A stretch of 64,000 nucleotides of DNA from Sphaerodactylus townsendi (lineage: Eukaryota): assembly GCF_021028975.2 (NCBI RefSeq), contig NC_059428.1, positions 26,412,001-26,476,000 on the forward strand, read 5' to 3'. The notes under the pieces are model-generated. The model saw only the letters and a list, made by a program, of their open reading frames with translations. It ran no database searches and was not told the DNA's origin. A program made the translations under genes and the position numbers. This document shows positions 51,201-63,200 of the stretch, piece after piece; within the stretch, counting starts at the first letter, position 1, and the number at the start of each line of letters is the position of its first letter.

Positions 51201-54200
51201 AACCTGTCTATCCACTCCATCAAAAAACAGGGTTCAGAATTCATGTTCCTTGAATGAGTAGAGGGGGAAGGGCTAGTCACAGGTCTCTTGTCTTAATACC
51301 AGCCTGTGCATTGACTGCATGCATGCAGGCGTGGAGGTCTTAAGGTTTTTATGTCCCATTAGAGGTATGTCCATTGGCCAACCCTTCAGTTAAGAAGAAG
51401 AAGAAGAGTTTGGATTTATATCCCCTCTTTCTCTCCTGTAAGGAGACTCAAAGGGGCTTACAATCTCCTTTCCCTCCCCCCCCCCAACAAACACCCTGTG
51501 AGGTGTGTGGGGCTGAGAGAGTTCAAAAGAACCGTGACTCGCTCAAGGTCACCCAGCTGGCGTGTGTTGGAGTGCACAGGCTAATCTGGTTCCCCAGATA
51601 AACCTCCACAGCTCAAATGGCAGAGTGGGGAATCAAACCCGGTTCTCCAGATTAGAGGGCACCTGCTCTTAACCACTACGGCACTTCTGCTTCAGTGTCC
51701 TTACAGTATTTAGGGGTGATTTAAATACTGAATTAGCAACTGTGCCTCTTACCAAAAGAGCTGCGGCAGACCTGTACAAAGCAACACAAGAGTGATCATT
51801 CTTCTTTGTGAACTATGGCCAAAATAAGATTGATAAGAAGCATCATATCCTGCCATTGTTCCGAACGGCGACCCAAAGTGGCTTACATTGTTCTCGTCTC
51901 CTTCGTTTTATCCTCACAGTAACCCAATGAGGTATGTCTGGCTGAACGTGTAGGACTGGTCCAAAGTCACTCGGTAACCCTCAGTGGCAGACAGCAGAAT
52001 TCACACCTGGATCTCTTTAATCCCAGCATGATATTCTAACCACTACATCACGTTGGCTGTGGAGTCTCAACTCACTTTATAAAAAAGGAGGGAATATTTT
52101 CCACCCTCCCTGACTGTGGTGCTTTTTTCCCCCCAACGTGGAGCCAAAATAGCTCACACTGTCCTCCTGTCCTCTGTTTTATCCTCACAACAGTAACCCT
52201 GTGAGGGTTAAGAGGGTGTGACAGGTTAAGAGGCTGAAAGTCTGAAACCAGCTGAAAGTCTGTTGCAGAGTGGAGATCAAAACCTGGGTGTCCTTCATTC
52301 TAGGCCACAGGTGTCAAACTTGCGGCCCTCCAGATGTTATGAACTACAGCTCCCATCATCCCCTGCCAGCATGATGCTGGCAGGCGATGCTGGGAGGTGT
52401 AGTCCATAACATCTGGAGGGCCGCAAGTTTGACACCTATGTTCTAGGCAAATCCTCTAGCCATCATACCAAACAGCCAAAAAGCAGGGGTGGGGGGGGGG
52501 ATAGACTGGAGATTATATGGGCCAGAATATTCCAGTTCCCTTTATGCTTGCCACTGCAGCTCCCATAATCATTCTGAAGGTAGTGGCCACTTTTGAAACC
52601 CCTGTCTTTGTTTACCGATGAATTATATGTGGTACAGATGGAACAACCTTTCGTTATAGATGTAGGGATTTCTCTATGCCCCCAAAATGTGTCTGCATAG
52701 GGGAGGAATATAACAGTCATCATTTTCTGTCATTGCAACATAAATCTTTGGTTTCTTTTGTGTGTTTTGTACGCTTACATTCTGAAGAAAATTAATTCAA
52801 GTGAAATGCGGGGGATTAGCCAAGCTTGCTCTGATATCAGCAGCTATTTCTTGAGCCTCCATTACACTGATTGAGCCTCAGTACTTTCAGGGCATTCATG
52901 TTTTAGTATAAGCTTGTCTAATTATATTTGTTACTTTACTTTTTGTTGTTTCAGGTCTTTACTGAAGATACCAAAGTCCTAGAGATAACTCAGTCATATG
53001 CTGTTACCCAGAGAGAGTGTGGAGATGGAGAAGGACCCTTCAAACGCAGGAGAATTGAATTGGGTTGGGAAGTGATTCGGGACAGTCTGCAAAAATCACT
53101 GAACGATTTTGATGTCATACCTTGGTAAAAAAAAAAGCACTTATTCTAGGTCCGTGGTGGCGAACCTATGGCACTCCAGATGTACAATTCCCATCAGCCC
53201 CTGCCAGCATGGCCAATTGGCCATGAACAAGTCCATGAGCATCTGGAGTGCCATAGGTTCGCCGCCACTGTTCTAGTTTTTCACTCGAAAGTGCTGATTT
53301 TGCGCTGTTTTAACTGATTTTTGCTTGTTTTTCAAGGTTGCAGATCACCATCCAGTTAGTTTCAAAGTACCCCACGAGTCTTCCTCATCATGAGCTGCAT
53401 CATTTACTCAACATACTGTATCAATTACTACCTCACCAGCGTCGGGGGAAACGAACACCTTACGTGCTAAGGTGCTTTAAAGAAATTGCTTTGTGTCAGA
53501 GCCAACAATTAGATCTGAAAGCTACGCAGAAGTTAGAGCTGCAGCGAACCTGGTCAAAAATTTGGTCTCTTGTTGTTTGTAGTCTCAATTTTCAGCAAAC
53601 CGAAATGGAAAGTTTTGGGTTACTTGGAGTCATAATTCAGGAGCACTTAGTAACAATGGACAGAGAAATCTGGAAGATATTTTCTGGAGCTGCATGCAAG
53701 CCCTCAAGGTAAGACGGGAATTTTCTTTTTATAGTTTGCATAGTCCAGATAACAATGACTTCAAACTTTTGTGCTTTTTAGCATGATGACAACTGTGTTG
53801 TCATTATCTTCTGTAATTAATATGAGCGCATTTGTTTGTTGGAATCTTGGATTGTTCAGGTTCTGGAATATTCTATAATCTACTTACATAAATTCAACTG
53901 TACCGCATCTGATGTGGTATCTCTGTTAAAAAGCTATAAATATTTTTATTAAGAGTTGTTTTCGACCCCCTGTAATAGTTAAACCAGAGACTAATAAAAA
54001 CAAATCGTCTTGTCCCCCTCAAAGGGACAAGTGTAGCATTAGTATAGCATTAGGCGCAGTGTAGCATTAGACGCAGTGAAGTGTAGCATTAGGCGCAGGG
54101 GTCTGCAACCTGTGGCTCTCCAGTTGTTCATGGACTACAAATCCCATCAACCTGATGGGAATTGTAGTCCATGAACATTTGGAGAGCCGCAGGTTGCAGA

Positions 54201-57200
54201 CTCCTGCCGGCTAGGGATATAATTTCTGGTATCTTGTATACAAGAATATCACATTAGTAACACTGCTAATCTCTGAATTATGGGTAAGAAAAGGATGTAG
54301 AAAGATGTACTACTTCTTGTTGTCTCTTCCCTATCATGAAGAAATAGCCAAGCCAGCGATTCCCAACGGGTGCTGTGAGCATATCCCAGGGGTACCGCGG
54401 CAATGCTACTGGCCCCCCTCACTTTTGTGGGGTCTCCCGCCAGCACCAGCAAGGATATGGAGCTGGCCCAGGGGGCAGGGCCTGCTGCAAGGTCAGCAGC
54501 AACTTCCTACCCCCACCCCCACCCCCGTGCTTCCCTTCACCCTAGGAGGGGAAGGTGGGGGGTGGCAAGCAGGGAAACTGGGAGGGGAAGGTGGGGGGAG
54601 GTTGGCAGGGGTACCGTGAGGTCAAGAGTGAGGTCAAGGGTACCATGACATCGAAAAGGTTGGAAAACACTGAGCCAAGCCCTTCCTTCTGCCATTGGAT
54701 TTAACCATGATTAAAGGGTACATCTGCAATGATTTTAACCATGGTTAATAACAGCCGAGTTTTGAAATCCCATTTCAGACTGTTGTTTGAATGTTGATCC
54801 TTGTTAATTTAGCCATAGAATGCTGGGGCAGACATTATCCTTGGGAAAGGATAGAATGAAATTACTTCCAGATCCTTCTGACAAGCTGATCTCTGAACCA
54901 TGGTTAAGAGATTGACAGTGTCATCGTAAGATAACTTTCCTGGGAGTAAGCCTCATTGGCTGCAGCTGCGTCGGCCTTCCTTAGGATTCCTTAGTTCCTG
55001 AAAGCTATGACATTGCACACAACCTGTTATATTGATTATAATCTGGAGGGAATTATCTTGATTAGTTCTGCAGCTCAGTTCTTGGCGGTAGCAATGAGAA
55101 GTTTGGGAGTGCCAGAAACGTCGAATGTCAAAACAGCCCAGAATTACGGGGAAGGAAATGCAGGGTATACATTGAAAGAAACAATCATGAAATGGCTTTT
55201 GTTCTGCCATCTGGAGGAAGACATGGAAGACAGTGTGGAGCTGCCTCCTATTCTCTGCAGGTAAATAATTTGAGAAAAGTCAACCTGCACAATAAAATCT
55301 TTCTGATGGACATGTTCATGGACATGTTTATTTTAATTTTACAGGTTATTTTAACTACCTTGATTTTATATATGGATAACAAGGTGTTGCTTGAAAAGTA
55401 GATGTAGCGTGAGGAAGCTGGACTGAAGGTGTATCTGCAGCCATGAAACATTCTGTGCTCAGGACTTTAATTTAGAATTGTGATTTCTAGAGTGGGGTTG
55501 AAGGGATTGCTTCAACTGACTTTTCCAAAATTTCTTCCAGTGACTTTCCTAATCTGGTGTTGCAGAAAATTCTTGTAAGCCTGACAATGAAGAACTGTAG
55601 AGCTGCACTAGAATTTTTCCACAAAGCTTCAGAATGGTATGTTTCCAAAATCAGTGTGTGTGTTTCTGTAAATTAGAGGAAATATTTTTAAATTTAAACT
55701 TTTTGATTTTAGATATCTGGGTACCATTTAGCTTGGGAAATTCATGAAAAGTTCTATCTATGCAATCCAGAGGGCAAGCTTCCTAAGAACCACTCAGTTC
55801 ATGCTGCATCCAATACTTTATTTTAATTTGAGTCCCGATCAGAAACTTTTCATGCAACACAGCAGATAGTTTTTGAAGTGGAGGGAACTTAACATAACTT
55901 TTAAACTAATACAACCAGACAAAATTCCATGCTTCCAGAATACTTCATTTTGTTGCAAACTGTTAGAAGCTGAAATTTTCTCCAGTGTGAAATAACAAAA
56001 TCTGGGATATATGACCAACTGAGATACTGACATCACAATCCTAAACAGAATCATGCCTTTCTTAGCCCATGGATGTCTGTGGGTTTAGAAGGATATAACT
56101 CTGTTTAGGATTGCACTGCGGCTTACCAAAAAGCATAACAACAGAGCACCAAAAAGCCTGCATATTCCCTGTGAAAACTTTCTAGATTAAAACATACTAC
56201 AAAGGTGGTGGTGGTTGTCAGAAAAAAACATTTACCACTGTATTTAAAAACATAAGAACATAAGAACTAGCCTGCTGGATCAGACCAGAGTCCATCTAGC
56301 CCAGCATTCTGCTACTCACAGTGGCCCACCAGGTGCTTTTGGGAGCTGTCATGCTGTCATCTGAGCCTCCCTTTCTACTCCTACATAGCCTTCCACCAAA
56401 ATGCTGTCCTTGTTAATGGGGAAAAGGTTTTTATTTCGCTTGCAAGCTGCAAATACTGAAAATCTGTTGTAAATCTGTAGTAAATCCTTTTGTAAATAAT
56501 CTATTTACATTTTTATCCCCTTAAAATGATATAACATACACCAGTAGTCCTGTTTTACAAATCCCTGATTTGTGTGGGGTTTTTGTTTTAAAAATTAACA
56601 TAGAAATATTTATTAATACCCCTCTCCCCAAATCTTTCAAAGAGGAATTTTCTTTACAGCACAGAGGTCTGCTGTTGTACAACAACTCCCCCTGGCCAAA
56701 AAAACCCCCTTTCTTGTTCCATCTTTGGCAACAATTATTGTAGTAAAATATCACAGATAATCTTTCTTCTATTTTTAAAGTATGGAACATTCACAAAAGA
56801 AAGAAGCCAGTCTTCCAGAAACAGAACCATATTTCATGCAGACAACTTTTGATGAAATTATTTCTTTCACAAATGCGACTGATAAGACATCAACTAACAA
56901 AGTGCCTGGTTCCAGACTGGTTGTCAGTCAGAAATTGAAAGATGCCCTGGAGCATGATCTGTTACTGATGTCAGAACAGCTTCTTAATAACATCTCCCTT
57001 GATGTAAGTTAAAAAATTAAAGTCTGTACTGTTGTCTTTTATTTACAAGGTGATTTGGAAGTTGCTGTGTTCTGTAGTAGTACAGAATTTAAGACCAGTT
57101 GCATTTAAATGCAAACAAAAATGTTCAGCGTATAAGCTTTTGTGACCCAGGCTGACTTGGTCAGATGAATATATGTTTTCTTGTGATTAATGGTCAGTGG

Positions 57201-60200
57201 CTGTCAAGATTTTCACAATTAGAGTAACATTAGCATAGCATATTTCAAAATGAGTACACCACATCTAGTATCAGTGTTTAACATTAATGAAATTATCCTG
57301 AAATTTAGTGAATAATAAAAAAAGGCCCTTGTGCTCATTTTGTGATAGTGTGGTGTAATGGTCAAGACTAATCTGGTGAACCAGGTTTACTTCCCTACTC
57401 CTACACATGAAACCAGCTGGGCAACCTCGGGTTAGTTTACAGAAGGGAAAAGAACCTGTCTGGCTCTAGTGCGAACTTTAAAACTCTATTTTTAATGAAA
57501 ATAATTAAAACGTTTATATAACAGAACCATAACTCTTAATCAACAACAAAAGTATACATATTATAAATAACAACAACAATAAAACAATGAATAATTGTTC
57601 TTGGATTGAATTCCACTGAATTCCACAGGGGATCCCAAATACAATAATATCAAGTCTCTGTAAAAAAGTTATTACTTTGAAAGAGATCCACTAATGGTGT
57701 AGAAGTGAAGGATGCCAATGTCTGATGCCTTTACATACTCAACTTCCATAGATGAGTTTCATGTGTTCATAGATGAACGTACACACATCATGATGTTGGT
57801 AGAGAAATCTTTGGCTGGTAGTCAATAGACCTTGGGTTAGTCACAGTTCTCTCAGAACTCTCTAGCCCCACCTACCTCACAAGGTGCCCATTGTGGGGAG
57901 GGGAAGGAAGGTGATTGTAAGCCACTTTGAAACTCCTTACAATGGAGAAAAGTGAGGTATGAAAACCAACTCTAATAATAATGATAGTATTCGGTGCTAA
58001 ATAAATTTACCATCTCTGATTTAGTTTGGATACTGAAAAGAAACTATTGAACTTGGATTTTGACAGTGTGTAACTGTAGACAATGTAATAAAAACACTTT
58101 TGATTCATTTTTGTTGTTCATATAATTTACTTTAAGGCTATGCCTGCAGAAAACCTTGTGCGTTGTATTGGTCTCTTGATTGGTGTTCTGGGTTGTTATT
58201 GCTATGCTGGGATACAGACAGAAGAGGAAGCATGCAGATCTGAGCTTTTTCATAAAGCCAAGGTAGGACTTTTGGTTATTATTTGGCTGAAAAATATGCT
58301 AAAAGGTGAAAGGTACAGCTGTGATGTACTTATAATATATGTAAGGAAAATCTTGAAGTAGTGATTTCCCCTCGCAATTGATCTTTAGACAGTCCCAAAG
58401 GATTTCATGACAGAATGCATCTAATTGTGCTCTTCCAACCATTGGAAGAAGAGGGACATGATTATACTATAGGCCAAAGGTTTGCATTCCAAATATAGTT
58501 GACAGGAGCTGTATAAATAAGAATCAGGGATTTGTAAAACAGGACTACTGGTGTATGTTATATCATTTTAAGGGGATGAGAATGTAAATAGATTATTTAC
58601 AGAAGGATTCACTACAGATTTACAACAGATTTTCAGTATTTGCAGATTGCAATCAAAATAAAAACCTTTTCCCCATTAACAGCATTTTGGTGGAAGGTTA
58701 TGTAGGGGTAGAAAGGGAGGCTCAGATGACAGCATGGGATCCATACTGTGTTTTAATCTCTATTTAAGGTTTTTTCTATTTAATCTCTATTTTTAAGGTT
58801 TTAAGGTTGCCTGTCTGTAGACATTAACCAGACTCTGATATTGAATATAATAGTCATTGGAAGTCTGTCCAAGGTGAGGTACCATACTTTTCATAGCCAG
58901 ATCTGCAGAGCATGGGAAAGACAAAGGGAGCGAGCGGGAGTTAGTAATGTTTACGTAAAGTGAGGTGAGAGCCATTATCTGGTTGCTTGGCACTACTAAG
59001 CGAAGGAATGCAGGGGAATGAAGCTAGGATAGTCTGCAAAGCAAGGCAGGTGAAGATTGGAGCAGCTGCAGCTGTGTGAGAACGCTCTGATGTAATGGAG
59101 CTATCAGTTCCCAGCTCCTACCAGGAGACAATGATAGCCTGCAACCAAGCTCATAGCAGCTGAAACTGTGAAACAGATTAAAGGGCTGTTAGTAAGAGCC
59201 ATTAAAAGCATTTAGGCTGCCATGAAACACTTGAGCAAAAGGTGATTACCCAGAATTCTGACCCCCGTTTAATAATGGAGAATCTGAGAAGCAACAAGTT
59301 CATTCATATGGGGCGGTGCCTTCTGTCCAGGGTTCCCTGGAGCCCTGTGTTCTGAGCACATCTCCTTGTAGATTCTACATCGTTTTTCAGTCTCATTTTA
59401 GCTGCTACCCTTTTTCTTACATCTGACAGTTGATGGTTAGATAAATGGCTTATTACAAGTGTTTGCTCTTTTTGAAAATGTGGAGTGGGCCAGGACGAGG
59501 AAGTTAGAATTCTTCATCCAAACATAGGATTGAAAATCTCAGGAAACAACTCACAGATTTGGTAGTCCCCATGAAGTTAGAGGCTAGGTGTTCTCTCCAT
59601 AAAGAAAGTTCCACTTGAGGTTCTTGGATTGAATTCCACTTTATGGCAGATTTCCTTTTAACTTCCCCAAGCTACTTGTGGGGTCTCCCCTCTCCCAAGA
59701 ATGTCCTTTTGGGCTGCAGCTAGTGGGAGAGGCAGGAAAGTCCATGGAAGGTCTAGGTAGGATCTAAGTCTACATCTTCCTCCAGCTGAAGCATCTTTGT
59801 TTGACATGTAACTTTAGTAATTCACAAAATAAAGACTAGAATTAGCTGTGTTTTGAAAGCAAAGGCTCTGTAATGCCTATTGTTGAGATCAAGCCAAACT
59901 ATCACAAAACATTCAAGTGTTTAAGTTCTCCAAAGCTCTTCATTGGGCTGGACGTTCAGTATATAAAAAAATTTCTTTTCAATATACCGTAACAGTCTGT
60001 TTGGACATAATTCCATTGAATTCAGTTAATTCTGCAGTATATCCTGGGTCCTGTGTTTCTACAATCTGCTTTCTGTCATGCCCGTGAAACATCTTGAAGC
60101 ACTTCTCCCCTTTCTTTTGTTTTTGGTACTCAACATCCAGCCTGATGAAAATTTTTAGAGAAACTGAAAACTTGCTCATTGTTTTTTAATATATTGATGA

Positions 60201-63200
60201 CCTAACAAAAGTTATTGCACAACCACTTAACATGGTTAATCACAACTAAATTTCAAATTTGATTTGTTTGGCATACATCTAGATCAGGGGTCTGCAACCT
60301 GCGGCTCTCCAGATGTTCATGGACTACAAATCCCATCAGCCCCTGCCAGCATGGCCAATTAGTCATGCTGGCAGGGGCTGCTGGGAATTGTAGTCCATGA
60401 ACATCTGGAGAGTCACAGGTTGCAGACCCCTGATCTAGATGAAAAAACTTATGCAGGTAACAGTTTCTTAACGTTTTGTTTTCTTTGTCTTTGAATAGTC
60501 TCTTATGCATTATGTTGGAGAGAGTGTTTCTCAGTCCAAAAGCAAACTAAACGAAGATGCTAGGACAATCTCTCTGAAGGCTTTAATCATACAATGTACT
60601 AGTTGCTTATGTAACTGTACCCAGGTAAGACATTTGCTGGTTTTTTTACTCAAATCCATAAATTAGTGAAGCTGAACGTTTTTGGGGTTTTTTGGCCATT
60701 TTAAAATTTACCTTGATCAAGATTACATAGTAAACTAAGGATATTTGAAATAATGTTCCACTGAAATCTTTGAATCCCACTTAATTATATCAGTAGAACA
60801 ACTATTGAAAATAAAATGTGCCCAGATGCATTCAGTTGAGAAGCTGAAACTCTTTCCTATTAGGGTCCCATCTGAAAACACATATTATACCAAGCAGTTT
60901 GTTGGTATCTAATCATACATGTGGATATACATGAACGTACATTCTTTGCAGAACAATGCGGTGGCCCAAATGAATGTTGCAAATTGCTGTAATCTTTTGC
61001 AAATGGTTTCTGCGCGGACTAAGGGAAAAATAAAATATTAGAGTGAAATTCTGAGCTTCAGTTAAGTTGCTTAAGTGCCATTTAAACGAATAGGATATAA
61101 GCAGCCTACCCATGTACAGAACTGAAAAAGTTCAATGAGGAACTTAGTCTTCGCTTATAAAGCAATAATTCATTTTGTGACCATTTAAAAATATTATAGT
61201 ATTTGATTTTGTGACCCACCTTTCTCCCCAACGGGGAACCAAAGCAGCTTACATAATTCTCCTGTCCTCCGTTTTCTGCTCACAACAACCTTGCAAGGTT
61301 GATTTGTCTGTGAGAGACTGATTGACTCAAGGTCACCCGTCAGGCTTCCATGACAAAGTGCAGGGGGTAGGGGTGAACCTGGTTTTCCGACAACCTATAC
61401 CAGTGGTGGCGAACCTTTGGCACTCCAGATGTTATGTACTACAATTCCCATCAGCCCTTGCCAGTATGGACAATTGGCCATGCGGGCAGGGGCTGATGGG
61501 AATTGTAGTCCATAGCATCTGGAGTGCCAAAGGTTCGCCACCACGGACCTATACCAACCACTACACCACATGAGCTCTAATTAGTAGAATATAAAAGAAG
61601 TTTTAAATTTGGTAACATCTGCGGTCTCTATCCATTTCTACTTTTACTTGGTCCTTTGGCGTTTTATTTAGGAGAAAGTGAATTAAAAATTGACTGTTTA
61701 CAAACTACAAACCTAAGCATGATTGATCTATGTATCAGTATGTCTGGGGAAAACCTCCTTGCTGATCTAGTAAACAGTGCTGTTTACAGTATGATTGCAG
61801 TATGATTGCAGTATGTTTGCAGTATGATTTCAAACTTAGTCATTTGGTATTCGCTGCCTGCCTCACAAAGCAAGATAAACAGATTATTTAATTGGTATTT
61901 CCTTTGGATTTTTGACAGAACAGCCCCAGAAAGAGCCTGTCTGCTTTTTTCTTGCATTTGTTAACATCAAAGCTGATGAACGATCTTGCGGATATTTGCA
62001 AACATCTGGTGAGCTGTCGCTATGTATAGTGTTTTCCTTCTCCTCATAGATTGTGTATCGATTTAGTGTATCCCAAAGATGTGGTAAAGGAAATATAATT
62101 ACCCACATAAGAGAACTATATTGTAATTGAAAGGCTGGGTTTAGTCTTCCCTGTACTGGCTAAGAATGATTGTGTACAGGCGGAGTCCTGGATGGCGGTG
62201 CCCACTTCGGAGCCAGGGCTGCTTGCCGTTCTGGAAAATACAGTGACTTTATTTTTTGGTTTCTGGTAGAAGAAGAAGAAGAGTTTGGATTTATATCCCC
62301 CTTTCTCTCCTGTAGGAGACTCAAAGGGGCTTACAATCTCCTTGCCCTTCCCCCCTCACAACAAACACCCTGTGAGGTAGATGGGGCTGAGAGAGCTCCG
62401 AGAAGCTGTGACTAGCCCAAGGTCACCCAGCTGGCGTGTGTGGGAGTGTACAGGCTAATCTGAATTCCCCAGATAAGCCTCCACAGCTCAGGCGGCAGAG
62501 CTGGGAATCAAACCGGTTCCTCCAGATTAGATACATGATCTCTTAACTTCCTAGGCCACTGCTGCTCCTGAAAATGAGATGATCTCTCTCAATCAAGTAC
62601 TAAAGCAACTTACTGGTGTGGACTGGTAAAGCTGTGAATTATTTGTGACTTACTTGATTGAGAGAGATCATCTCATCTTCAGTTGAGATCAGGTGGGAAT
62701 ATCTAGGGCCTTTTTAAAAAATTAAACTTTGAACTACAAAACTATGTCATAAAATTAATATAATCTTTACAGTAGACTTGGGACTTTTAGTTGCATGATT
62801 TTGCTTGAATTACAAGGGCAAGAGAAAGGGCTTTCTCAGCAAAAGTCTAGTTTGGTGGTACCCACATGATCCTGCCAATATGAGACACACAGGAATATGT
62901 TTGTTCACACATGCTTTTGGTGACCAGGGATAATGTTTTCGTGGTTTGTGTATAGTTTGATGAGGGGTGTGTGTATAAGTGCCATCCCATAGGAGCTGGG
63001 AGAGTGGGCTGCAGGGATCGTATGATTTTATTGTTAAGAAAAGGATGTAAGAATTCTAAACAAGTCGATCATATTTCTGTTTAGATGGCTTTTATGGGAA
63101 AGCCAAGTGAAGCTGCAGAAGTCGATTTAATGGAAGATGATGGTGAAGGGAGTGGGAAAAATGGAGAGAATACGGTATTGGATTTATTTGATGACCATTC

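Larger units (their letters stand above)
56350..58736. repeat. Long inverted repeat: arms 56350-56570 and 58522-58736
   Basis: Manual alignment: ~9 substitutions and one 6-bp indel over ~215 bp. Confidence 0.93.
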
